From a virus (Duplodnaviria > Caudoviricetes): DNA of 42,372 bases. Positions 16,071 to 24,339 of this stretch are shown in pieces. Position 1 is the stretch's first letter. Each line of letters opens with the position of its first letter. A program made the translations under genes and the position numbers. The stretch covers positions 1 to 42,372 of the IMG/VR virus record IMGVR_UViG_3300022742_000089; one strand, 5' to 3'. The notes under the pieces were generated by a model. That model saw only the letters and a program-made list of their open reading frames with translations, had not been told where the DNA came from and did not search any database.

Positions 16071-17423
16071 ATGGCCGAAACGACCCTCCCGGAACCCCTG
16101 GTCCCGGCCGAAGTGGACCTGACCGACTTCAAATTCATGCCCCTGGAGGTCGCGCGCCTGCTCGATAGCGAGATTATGGCGCTTGAGGACGCCGAGTCGT
16201 TCCGGGCTGGCGTCGCGTCATGGTGCAAAGGATGGCACCAAATCCCGGCCGCGAGCCTTCCGAACGACGACGGCGCGCTGTGTAAGACGCTCGGTTACGG
16301 TCGAGACCTGAAAACCTGGGCGAAGCTGCGCAGGGCCGGTGCACTGCGCGGCTGGATACTCTGTGCCGATGGGCGCCTTTATCACCCCATCGTTGCCGAG
16401 AAGGCCTTGGAAGCGTGGCTGGAGAAGCTGGCGCAACGGTTGAGCAGCGGTGCCGGCAACGCCAAGCGTTGGGGCATCGAGTTCGACGCAACCCAGATAA
16501 ATGAACAGGTTGCGACCGCGCGGCGGTTCCTGACGGCACTCAATCCGCAGTCCAAGGCGCTGACCAAACGGAAGCCGCCGGCAATCCCGACGGGAAACGC
16601 ACCGGCAGTCCCGCAGGATGTCCCGGCCGAACTCCCGAACGAAGTCCCAGAAGTGGAAGATCAGCAATCCCGTCAGGACTCCCGGCAGGATGGAGGTCGG
16701 GAGTCCCGTCAGGATCGCAAGAGACAGAGACAGGGACAGAGACAGGGAGATCTTAGCCTTGCCTCAGGAGATAAATCTCCTTCGGCGGCGGCTAAGGCGC
16801 GCGAGGACGCGCTTTGCCAGCCGGCCGGAATTTCTGACGGGGATTTGACTGATTCCGTCGAAACCGTGTTTTCCGCCGTTGCGCGGTCTGCGGAAAACTG
16901 GTTCGATGCGGTTGAGCGTGACCGCCACGACGGCGACGAGGTGGTTATCCGAGGCTGGCTGGAGCTGGCCGGAAGCGCTGGATTGTCGGACGCGGATGCC
17001 GTCCAGGCCATCGCCGAGGCCATCGACCGCCAGTTCGATCGGCTGTCCAAGCGACCCCGCGTCGGCATGCCGGTCTCCCTGGAGCTGATCGACAAGGACG
17101 TTCGGGCCGCGATATCCGCCGCCCGGCGCAATCCGTCAAAAGTGGCGGATGAAGCCCGCGCCCCGGAGCCCTACGCCGCCCGGTTCACGGCGACGCAGTG
17201 GAACACATGGCTCAAGCCATGTGCGGTCACCGTCGCGGACGGGATCGCCACCATCACCGCTCCCACCATGGTCATCGCTGACCGCCTCCGCGTTCATCAC
17301 GATCAGGACCTCCGCGTCTGTCTGGACGTGGATGCGGTTGAAGTTGTCGCCGCTCCCCGGCGCAAGGGCGCGTCTGCCACTATCATCCCTCATCCCGCGA
17401 CCGTCGCGGAGGCCTCGAAATGA
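16071..17423 (+). CDS. DUF1376-family replication initiator with C-terminal DnaA N-terminal-like domain
   Basis: PLVPAEVDL.DF.FMPLEVARLLDS, WHQIPAASLP.DD, GW.LC.DGRLYHP..AE; C-terminus QWNTWLKP......ITAPT..IAD.L; internal iteron array. Confidence 0.8.
   Translation: MAETTLPEPLVPAEVDLTDFKFMPLEVARLLDSEIMALEDAESFRAGVASWCKGWHQIPAASLPNDDGALCKTLGYGRDLKTWAKLRRAGALRGWILCADGRLYHPIVAEKALEAWLEKLAQRLSSGAGNAKRWGIEFDATQINEQVATARRFLTALNPQSKALTKRKPPAIPTGNAPAVPQDVPAELPNEVPEVEDQQSRQDSRQDGGRESRQDRKRQRQGQRQGDLSLASGDKSPSAAAKAREDALCQPAGISDGDLTDSVETVFSAVARSAENWFDAVERDRHDGDEVVIRGWLELAGSAGLSDADAVQAIAEAIDRQFDRLSKRPRVGMPVSLELIDKDVRAAISAARRNPSKVADEARAPEPYAARFTATQWNTWLKPCAVTVADGIATITAPTMVIADRLRVHHDQDLRVCLDVDAVEVVAAPRRKGASATIIPHPATVAEASK
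16583..16750. repeat. Iteron-like array (putative phage replication origin)
   Basis: TCCC cores at 16585, 16609, 16621, 16633, 16645, 16668, 16680 and 16704 (about 12-bp phase), followed by GA/GGACAG hexamer repeats at about 16720-16750. Confidence 0.7.
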
Positions 17424-18040
17424 GCGAAGGCAAGGCTCCCGAGGCGTCGCGCGTCGATGGTGGCGACGCGCCCGTCGAAATCCCGATCTTCACAGGGAGG
17501 GTCTGGTACGTCGCGGTGGTGAAGCCTTTGGCCCAGTACCGCGAGATGGCGAGGAAGGCCCTTCGTGCCCGTGGATATGCCGTGTTCCTGCCGATGTGCC
17601 GTGAGATCATCCTCCAAGCCGGCCAGCAGGAGATCGTCGAGCGGCCAATGTACGGGCGCTATCTCTTCGTCGGCGTCGAGCCCGGAGGCGACAGCTGGGC
17701 AATCCGGTGGGTGCCGGGCATCCAGCACATGACGCTCGATGCCCGCCGTCGGCCGGTCACCATCGCGGTGTCCGTGCTGTCTGCCATCTCGGATCGCATG
17801 GTTCGGGATGGCGGCGTGATCAATCTGGTTCCGCCACCCAAGACGGTCGGCTCGGGCTTCGTCCCCGGCCAGCTCGTCCGCATCACGGACGGCACCCTGG
17901 CCGGATGGGAAGGCCTGTTCCAGGCTGACCAGGGTGCGCGGTGTCGGGTGCTGTTGATGGTGGCCGGTCCTGAATCGGCACTCATGATCCCAACCGACTA
18001 CCTGGAGGCGGTACAGCCTGTTGACGGGAAAAAACGATAG
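17420..18040 (+). CDS. NusG/RfaH-family antiterminator (probable late-gene activator)
   Basis: NGN domain (WYVAVVKP...A...L...GY.VFLP, PMYGRYLFV) and KOW motif (FVPGQLVRITDG.LAG.EG); occupies the Q-equivalent position. Confidence 0.85.
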   Translation: MSEGKAPEASRVDGGDAPVEIPIFTGRVWYVAVVKPLAQYREMARKALRARGYAVFLPMCREIILQAGQQEIVERPMYGRYLFVGVEPGGDSWAIRWVPGIQHMTLDARRRPVTIAVSVLSAISDRMVRDGGVINLVPPPKTVGSGFVPGQLVRITDGTLAGWEGLFQADQGARCRVLLMVAGPESALMIPTDYLEAVQPVDGKKR

Positions 18041-18059
18041 GGGTAAAACGACGGTACAG

Positions 18060-18150
18060 GTGGACCCGATTTCCGGGTCCACTGCGGACGCCGTGCAGCG
18101 GCCCGCCTTCAGCCCGCCCGGCCCCGCCGCGGCGGGTTTCGTCATTTTCG
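18060..18150 (+). promoter_or_regulatory. Hairpins and terminator in the late leader
   Basis: GTGGACCCG-ATTTC-CGGGTCCAC stem (18060-18082), then a CCCGCC/GGCGGG stem followed by TTTCGTCATTTT. Confidence 0.5.
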
Positions 18151-18162
18151 GGGATCGCCTTC

Positions 18163-18462
18163 ATGGACAATCTGCCCTTATCGATCCCCGACGTTGGGGA
18201 AACGCTTACCCGTATCTCCATCCTTTCTCCTGCCGCACAGGTCGCTGCAGTCATCGCGCTTGGCTGTGTGGCGGTCGCTTGGATCTGGACACGCCGTCCG
18301 CAGCCCGGCCCCGGCAACGAGACCTTCCAGCTCGTCATCACCTCGATGACCGAGCAGGCGAAGGCCACCAACGCCCTGGCCGAGCAGGTCGAGCGGATCG
18401 TGGAGCAGAACGCCGTCATCATCGCCCGCCTTCCGGCCGGTATCGTGGAGCGGGTGGGCTGA
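18163..18462 (+). CDS. Small membrane protein (possible holin-like)
   Basis: One hydrophobic helix (VAAVIALGCVAVAWIW) followed by a coiled-coil-like segment. Confidence 0.6.
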   Translation: MDNLPLSIPDVGETLTRISILSPAAQVAAVIALGCVAVAWIWTRRPQPGPGNETFQLVITSMTEQAKATNALAEQVERIVEQNAVIIARLPAGIVERVG

Positions 18463-18464
18463 CC

Positions 18465-18680
18465 ATGAGCAATTTCGCCATCAAACAGGCCGCCGATGCC
18501 GCTGTGGCCTCCGACCTCGCCGTTGAGGCGCGCATGCTCCTGTTCAAGTCGGCGCTGACCGTGGGTGATGCCGCTCGCATCCAGGCTGCCCGGCAGGATG
18601 CGGAGGATGCCTTCGCCGCTCGGCTGGACGCTCACACCGCGCTGTATGCCACAGCCAAGATGATTGACGGGAGTCGGTGA
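18465..18680 (+). CDS. Small hypothetical protein
   Basis: ATG 18465 (MSNFAIKQAAD...); stop overlaps the next GTG. Confidence 0.6.
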   Translation: MSNFAIKQAADAAVASDLAVEARMLLFKSALTVGDAARIQAARQDAEDAFAARLDAHTALYATAKMIDGSR

Positions 18681-18865
18681 CCATGGACCGCAAGTCCCTC
18701 TCGCAGTCCATAGCTGATGCGGCGGACCTGATCGACTGCGTCGCCCAGCGCGAGGCATATCGCCGGGCAACCGAGCTGATCGGGCCGGCCTTGGAGCGCA
18801 TCGACGGTCGCATGCCGGCCGGTGCCATGGACGGCTGGACTCTCGACACGCCTGTGACGGCCTGA
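18677..18865 (+). CDS. Small hypothetical protein
   Basis: GGAG RBS, GTGA coupling, 62 aa. Confidence 0.5.
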   Translation: MTMDRKSLSQSIADAADLIDCVAQREAYRRATELIGPALERIDGRMPAGAMDGWTLDTPVTA

Positions 18866-18869
18866 AGCC

Positions 18870-19517
18870 GTGCGCGCTGCTGTCACCATCACCGGCCGCC
18901 TGGAGGACGCCTTCAACGAGTGGACGGAAGGAACCGCCCGTCTGCTGACCGACGCCACGGAACATGCCGCGTCCACAATGCGTGACGAGATGCGGACGGC
19001 CATGGCGAATGCCGGTCTCGGCAAGCTGGGCCGGGCGCTGGGCTATGCCGCCTATCCCGGTGGCGGAACATACAGCTTCCACCCTGCCGCAGAGGTGTTC
19101 GTCCGGGGCAAGGCCGCATCGGCTGCGAAGTGGGAAGGCGTCATTGACGCTTTTGCACAGGGCGCGACGATCCGCTCTAAGCGGGGCTGGCTGGCCATCC
19201 CAACGAAGAACTGCCCCAAGGGATCGCGCGGACGCTACCTCACCCCGGACCAAGTGGCCGAGCGGTTCGGCCCGCTGCGCTCCATCGCCGCCGGCAAGTC
19301 CGTCCTGCTGTTCGCCGACGTGATCGCGGGCAAGTCCGGCGGTGTCCGCAAGGCGACGGCCGGGCGCCTTGCACAGGGCCGAGAGGCTAAATTGACGCTG
19401 ATGTTCGTCCTGGTGAAGGAAGCGACGATCTGCAAGCGTCTGGACCTGGACGCCGTCATCCGGCAGTGGGAGACCCGCTTCCCTGCCATGATCGCCGACG
19501 TGCTGAAAGCCGAGTGA
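18870..19517 (+). CDS. DUF6441-like putative tail-completion/neck protein
   Basis: AGLGKL, F..GATIRSK.GWLAIPT, LMFVLV.......RLD; basic protein of a type usually found in head-tail modules. Confidence 0.6.
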   Translation: MRAAVTITGRLEDAFNEWTEGTARLLTDATEHAASTMRDEMRTAMANAGLGKLGRALGYAAYPGGGTYSFHPAAEVFVRGKAASAAKWEGVIDAFAQGATIRSKRGWLAIPTKNCPKGSRGRYLTPDQVAERFGPLRSIAAGKSVLLFADVIAGKSGGVRKATAGRLAQGREAKLTLMFVLVKEATICKRLDLDAVIRQWETRFPAMIADVLKAE

Positions 19518-19530
19518 CGGAGACTGCAGG

Positions 19531-19764
19531 ATGAAGCCTTCTCCTCCCCCGCCTGTCTGGATCAACGGGGCGCCTCGCTCCATGCGGTCGACCATCGCCG
19601 CGGTGGAACGCTTGGCCCCTCGCTCCGTCCCGACGCAGGGGGCGGCAACTCACCGCCTCCCCGACGGAAACGGCTTCACCATCGGGTTGGCCACTGGCTA
19701 CGCCGCCGGCATCCTCACCGCTGCGGCTGTGATCGCCTCCGGGCTGGTCATGGTGGGATGGTGA
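19531..19764 (+). CDS. Small protein with C-terminal TM helix
   Basis: Hydrophobic C-terminus FTIGLATGYAAGILTAAAVIASGLVMVGW. Confidence 0.5.
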   Translation: MKPSPPPPVWINGAPRSMRSTIAAVERLAPRSVPTQGAATHRLPDGNGFTIGLATGYAAGILTAAAVIASGLVMVGW

Positions 19765-19766
19765 CC

Positions 19767-19925
19767 ATGGACCGGCTGAAGGCGTGGGGTGCGGCTATGG
19801 TGGTGCTGGCACTGGCCTACGTCGCCCTGCTGCTGGTCGACCGGATGTTCCCGCCCGGTCGAGTCCGCCGTCGGGCAGTCCGCCCCATCGTCCGGACCCT
19901 GACCGAAGGGACCACGGGAGACTGA
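19767..19925 (+). CDS. 52-aa membrane protein (below the ORF-track cut-off)
   Basis: MDRLKAWGAAMVVLALAYVALLLVDRMFPPGRVRRRAVRP...: TM helix plus basic tail; an upstream in-frame GTG overlaps the previous stop. Confidence 0.45.
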   Translation: MDRLKAWGAAMVVLALAYVALLLVDRMFPPGRVRRRAVRPIVRTLTEGTTGD

Positions 19926-20082
19926 CCCTCCCATAGAGGGCCGGTCCGTAGGGCGCCCGCTGATGCGTCGTCCGTCGGGACGCTCCATCGCAAGTCCGAT
20001 GCGGGAGAGGCCAACCACGGGCCGCCTGACGGGCCGGACGGGCACCCCTAGGGGGGGATGGGCAGGGGTAGGGGGGTGTCGT

Positions 20083-20149
20083 GGGTCCTTCCGGGTGGCC
20101 CCCCTATAGAGGGTGGGACAAGTCCGATCATCGTCCAGGTATGAAAATT
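20083..20149 (+). other. Putative cos site (cosQ-cosN)
   Basis: GGGTCCT at 20083-20089 (the lambda cosQ sequence), GGGTGGGACAAG at 20111-20122 and ATGAAAATT at 20141, directly upstream of the terminase small subunit. Confidence 0.65.
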
Positions 20150-20197
20150 CCATAGGGGGGTTCCGCTTCCGGTTGGGCCGTCCGGTGAGGTGCAACC

Positions 20198-20695
20198 ATG
20201 GCAACCCAGGCTGAGATCGCAGCGCATCTCGATCTGACCGACCGCACCGTCCGCGATCTCAAAAAGCGAGGCGTTTTCAACGCGGACAGGCGTGGTCAGC
20301 TGGATTTGGACGCCTGCCGCGTCGCCTACATCCGCCACCTTCGGGAGCGTGCCGCCGGCCGGGCTTCGGACGAAGCCGAAGCGGAAGGCCTCGACCTCGT
20401 CGCGGAGAAAGCCCGGCTGGCGAAGGAACAGGCCGACCACTACGCGATGCGCAACGCGGAAAAGCGTGGCGAGCTGGTGCCGGTCGCCGATTACACCGCC
20501 GCGGTGCTGTCGGTCATCGAGATGGTCAAGGCGAAGCTACTGCGCATTCCGGCCAAGGTCGCCAAGACCGACAGCCGACTGAAAGACCGCATCGCCGATG
20601 CGCTGGAGGATGCGCTGGACGAATTGAGCGCGGCCCGGATCGTCGAAGAGATGGGCGGCGGAGACGATGACGGGGACGACGATGCAGACGAATGA
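20198..20695 (+). CDS. Terminase small subunit (Nu1-like)
   Basis: N-terminal wHTH TQAEIAAHLDLTDRTV; YIRHLRE.AAGR; EKARL.KEQAD......RGELV. Confidence 0.88.
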   Translation: MATQAEIAAHLDLTDRTVRDLKKRGVFNADRRGQLDLDACRVAYIRHLRERAAGRASDEAEAEGLDLVAEKARLAKEQADHYAMRNAEKRGELVPVADYTAAVLSVIEMVKAKLLRIPAKVAKTDSRLKDRIADALEDALDELSAARIVEEMGGGDDDGDDDADE

Positions 20696-22637
20696 CGTCG
20701 TCCGCGTCCGCGGCGCCCTGCTGGCCGAGCATGTCGCCCGATGGCTGCTGGCGCTGAAGCCGCGCCGTCGGATGACGCTGTCGGAATGGTCGCTGAAGAA
20801 TGCCCGGTTGGAGGATGGGACGCGCTACCGCCCGTTCCCCTTTCAGATCGGCATGCAGGACGCTTTCACAGAGCCGGGCGTCCGGCAGATCACGGCGAAG
20901 AAATCCAGTCGCATCGGCTATTCGCAGATCGTCAAGAACTACATCGCCTATTGCGCGGACCAGTCGCCTAGCCGTGTGTTGGTCTATCAGCCGACCGTCG
21001 ATGATGCCGAGGACTTCGCCAAGGACGACGTGGCCAAACTGATCCTATGGCCAGCGGTGCGGCGCCTGTTCTCCACCAAGACGCGGAACAGCAGCAACAC
21101 CATCCGGTCGAAGCGCTTCCCCGGCGGCTGGATCAAGATCAAGGGGGCGAACAGCCCGAAGGAGTTCCGCCGCATCACCGCCGACAAGGTCATCTTGGAG
21201 GAGCCGGACGGCTACCCGCCGACCGCCGGTGTCGAAGGCGACCAAGTGGAGCTGGCCTTCAAGCGCTGCCTGACATCGGACGACCCGCTGAAGGCGGCAG
21301 GCTCCACCCCGACGATCAAGGGGCATTCCAAGATCGACGCGCTGTTCGAGCAAGGGACGCAGGAATACCGGTATGTCCCCTGTCCGCACTGCGGCGAGAT
21401 GCAGATCCTCCAGTTCGGCAACGGCACCGGCGCCGGCATCGACTTTGAGCCGAAGGACGCACCGACCAAGGCCTGGTACGTCTGCGTCAATGGCTGCGTG
21501 ATCGAGGAAGAACACAAGGCGGAGATGGACGAGCGGGGCGAGTGGCGGGCGCATGCGCCGCAGAACTGGCCGCATCGCTCGTTTCACATTTGGGCCGCCT
21601 ACAGCCAGTTTCCCGGCGCCGCCTGGGTGGAGATCGCCAAGGAGTTCGTTCGGGCACGAAAGGACCCGAACAAGCTCCGTGTGTTCGTCAATCAGGTGTT
21701 GGCCGAAACCTACGAGGTGAAGGGCGAGGCGCCGCAATGGCGCGTCCTCTATGACCGGCGGGAAGACTATCAGGGTGTTCCGGTCGACGGGCTGGTGTTG
21801 ACCGGCGGTCTCGACGTTCAGAAAAGCCCCGGTCGCCTTGAGTTGTTCGTGTGGGCGTGGGGGCAGGATTTCCAATGCTGGCTGGTCGATCACGTCGTGA
21901 TCCCCGGCAACCCCTACGACGCCGCGGTGTGGGACGAGGCCTCCCGCGTCGTCCAGGGCACATGGCGGCATCCGTCGGGCGTCGAACTGCGCTTGTCGAA
22001 GGTCGGGGCCGACACGGGCTTTGCCACCACGCAGGTTGAAGCGTGGGCGAAGCGCCATCCGGGCTTGGTCATCCCCGTGAAAGGCGCCAGCACGATAGGC
22101 GCCCCATCCTTCGCATGGTCCAGCGTGCGCGAGGCCAGCCCGAACGGGAGGCGGCGCAAGCGCGGTCTCCAACTCGGCATGATCGGTGGCCACGTCCTGA
22201 CCCTGGAGCTGTACGGCAAGCTGAGCCTGCAGCCGCCCACCGATGAAGAGGCGGCCGACGGAGCCGGGTTCCCGGCCGGCTATGTCCACCTCAACAGGCT
22301 GGCCACCGAGGAGCTGTGCAAACAGCTGGTCGGCGACCAGTGGATCGAGGGCCGCGGCGAGTGGAAACAGGTCCACGCCACCGAGGCGCTGGACGGCTGG
22401 AAATACGCCCGCGCCTGCACCGTGGCCATGGGGATGGAGCGCTGGACCGCCGCGCGCTGGGCGGAGTTGCGGAAGGCGCTTGCGGTGGCGGTGAAGGCTG
22501 AGCAGCCGCGGGCAAGAGTGACAGAGACACCGGCGCCGGCACCGGCGGCCGAGAAGGAGCAGTCCCGACCGGACGAGCGGCGCCCATCAGGTAGCGGCTG
22601 GCTTGGTGGGCGCGGCGGCGGATGGGGAAGGCGATAA
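20682..22637 (+). CDS. Terminase large subunit, lambda gpA family
   Basis: KSSRIGYS (Walker A variant), VILEEPD, GSTPT, YVPCPHCG, GLDVQ and EALD; alternative start at 20667. Confidence 0.95.
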   Translation: MQTNDVVRVRGALLAEHVARWLLALKPRRRMTLSEWSLKNARLEDGTRYRPFPFQIGMQDAFTEPGVRQITAKKSSRIGYSQIVKNYIAYCADQSPSRVLVYQPTVDDAEDFAKDDVAKLILWPAVRRLFSTKTRNSSNTIRSKRFPGGWIKIKGANSPKEFRRITADKVILEEPDGYPPTAGVEGDQVELAFKRCLTSDDPLKAAGSTPTIKGHSKIDALFEQGTQEYRYVPCPHCGEMQILQFGNGTGAGIDFEPKDAPTKAWYVCVNGCVIEEEHKAEMDERGEWRAHAPQNWPHRSFHIWAAYSQFPGAAWVEIAKEFVRARKDPNKLRVFVNQVLAETYEVKGEAPQWRVLYDRREDYQGVPVDGLVLTGGLDVQKSPGRLELFVWAWGQDFQCWLVDHVVIPGNPYDAAVWDEASRVVQGTWRHPSGVELRLSKVGADTGFATTQVEAWAKRHPGLVIPVKGASTIGAPSFAWSSVREASPNGRRRKRGLQLGMIGGHVLTLELYGKLSLQPPTDEEAADGAGFPAGYVHLNRLATEELCKQLVGDQWIEGRGEWKQVHATEALDGWKYARACTVAMGMERWTAARWAELRKALAVAVKAEQPRARVTETPAPAPAAEKEQSRPDERRPSGSGWLGGRGGGWGRR

Positions 22638-22640
22638 AGC

Positions 22641-22856
22641 ATGGCACTGACGCAGACGCACCTTAACACCCTGGTCGAAGCATGGGCCGCCGGCACAACC
22701 AGCGTCACCATCGACGGCAAGCGGGTGGACTACCGCTCCATGCGGGACCTGACGACTGCTATCGCCGCCACCGCGGCGGTGCTTGGGGTCCCGAACCCCC
22801 TTCAAGCGACGCGGGCCGCCTCCCGGACCAGCGTCACCAAGTTTTCGCGGGGCTGA
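22641..22856 (+). CDS. Head-tail joining protein (gpW-like)
   Basis: 71 aa between terL and the portal; GT.SVTIDGKRV.YRS..DL. Confidence 0.8.
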   Translation: MALTQTHLNTLVEAWAAGTTSVTIDGKRVDYRSMRDLTTAIAATAAVLGVPNPLQATRAASRTSVTKFSRG

Positions 22857-22860
22857 ACCC

Positions 22861-24339
22861 ATGAACATTCTGGACAAGGCCATCGGCTGGTTTGCTCCGC
22901 AGGCCGGCGCCAAGCGGGCGCGGGCGCGTGTCGCCATGTCGCTGATGGCGCGCAGCTACGACGGCGCCAGCACCGGCCGGCGCACCGACGGCTGGAACAC
23001 CAGCGGCACCTCTGCGAATGCCGAGATCGGGCCGGCCCTGGCCCGGCTGCGCGCCCGTTCCCGCGATCTGGTGCGCAACAACCCCTATGCCGCCCGCGTG
23101 GTCGACATCTGGGCCGCCAACGTCGTCGGCACCGGCATCATGCCGCAGAGCCGCACCGGCAATGACGATCTGGACAAGCGGGTCAACGCCCTGTTCCGGC
23201 GCTGGTCGGAGCAATGCGACGCCGAAGGGCAGTTGGACTTCTCCGGCCTGCAAACCCTGATCCTGCGGACGGTGGTGGAGGGCGGCGAAGCGCTCCCCCG
23301 CCATCGCAATCGCCGGCCGGAAGACGGCTTGCCGGTGCCCTATCAGGTCCAGGTGCTGGAAGGCGACTTCCTCGACTCCTCCCGCGACAGCACGTTGACC
23401 GGCCGCCGCACGATCCAGGGCGTGGAGTTCGACTCGCTGGACCGGCGCACCGGCTATTGGCTATTCCGCACCCATCCCGGCGACCCCTACAGCATGACGG
23501 CGGAGGGCCTGACCAGCGCCCTGGTTCCGGCATCGGAGGTGATGCACGTCTATCGCAAGCTGCGCAGCGGGCAGGTGCGCGGCGTGCCGTGGTTCGCTCC
23601 GGTGCTGCTGAAGGCGCGGGATCTGGACGACTTCCACGAGGCCGCCATCGTCCGGGCGCGGATGGAGGCCTGCATCGGCATGGTGGTGACGCAGGCCGAG
23701 GACGGGACGGAACGGCCCATCGGCGTCACCAGCGAAACCGCGGACGGCCGGCGGGTGGAGGGGATGGAGCCGGGCATGGTTCCGTATCTGAAGCCCGGCG
23801 AAAGCGTGCAGTACCTGAACCCGACCGCGTCGCCGTCCTTCGATCCCTTCACCCTGCACACCCTGATGGCGATGGCGGTCGGAACGGGCGTCACCTACGA
23901 CCAGATGACCGGTGACCTCCGGCAGGCCAACTACTCCAGCTTGCGCGCCGGCAAGGTGGAGTTCCGCCGGCTGGTCGAGCAAGCGCAGTGGCAAATGCTG
24001 ATCCCGATGTTCTGCGTCCCCGTCTGGCGGCGGTTCATCGCGACGGCGATCCTTTCCGGGGAGCTTCCGTCGCGCGATTACCCGGTCGAGTGGGCGACGC
24101 CGGCCCATGAACCCATCGACCCGGTGAAGGACATGCAGGCGGACATTCTCGCCGTCCGCACCGGCCGGCTGACCTGGGAGCAGTTTGTCGGCATGTGGGG
24201 CTTCGATCCGAAGCAGCAGCTCGCCGACATTGCCCGCATCAACGCCGACATGGACGAGGTGGGTGTCACCCTCGACATCGACCCCCGCAAGGTGACCAAG
24301 GCCGGCGGGGCGCAACAAGGAGACCTGCAGAATGCCTGA
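22861..24339 (+). CDS. Portal protein, lambda family
   Basis: LR.RSRDLVRNNPYA, R.GQVRGVPW, GDL..ANYSS.R, IDP.KD; start ATG 22861. Confidence 0.95.
   Translation: MNILDKAIGWFAPQAGAKRARARVAMSLMARSYDGASTGRRTDGWNTSGTSANAEIGPALARLRARSRDLVRNNPYAARVVDIWAANVVGTGIMPQSRTGNDDLDKRVNALFRRWSEQCDAEGQLDFSGLQTLILRTVVEGGEALPRHRNRRPEDGLPVPYQVQVLEGDFLDSSRDSTLTGRRTIQGVEFDSLDRRTGYWLFRTHPGDPYSMTAEGLTSALVPASEVMHVYRKLRSGQVRGVPWFAPVLLKARDLDDFHEAAIVRARMEACIGMVVTQAEDGTERPIGVTSETADGRRVEGMEPGMVPYLKPGESVQYLNPTASPSFDPFTLHTLMAMAVGTGVTYDQMTGDLRQANYSSLRAGKVEFRRLVEQAQWQMLIPMFCVPVWRRFIATAILSGELPSRDYPVEWATPAHEPIDPVKDMQADILAVRTGRLTWEQFVGMWGFDPKQQLADIARINADMDEVGVTLDIDPRKVTKAGGAQQGDLQNA

Noticed and set aside
16583-16750. Repeat array as a CRISPR
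   Set aside because: Short 12-bp-phased units inside a gene, with no unique spacers and no cas genes; it fits iterons.
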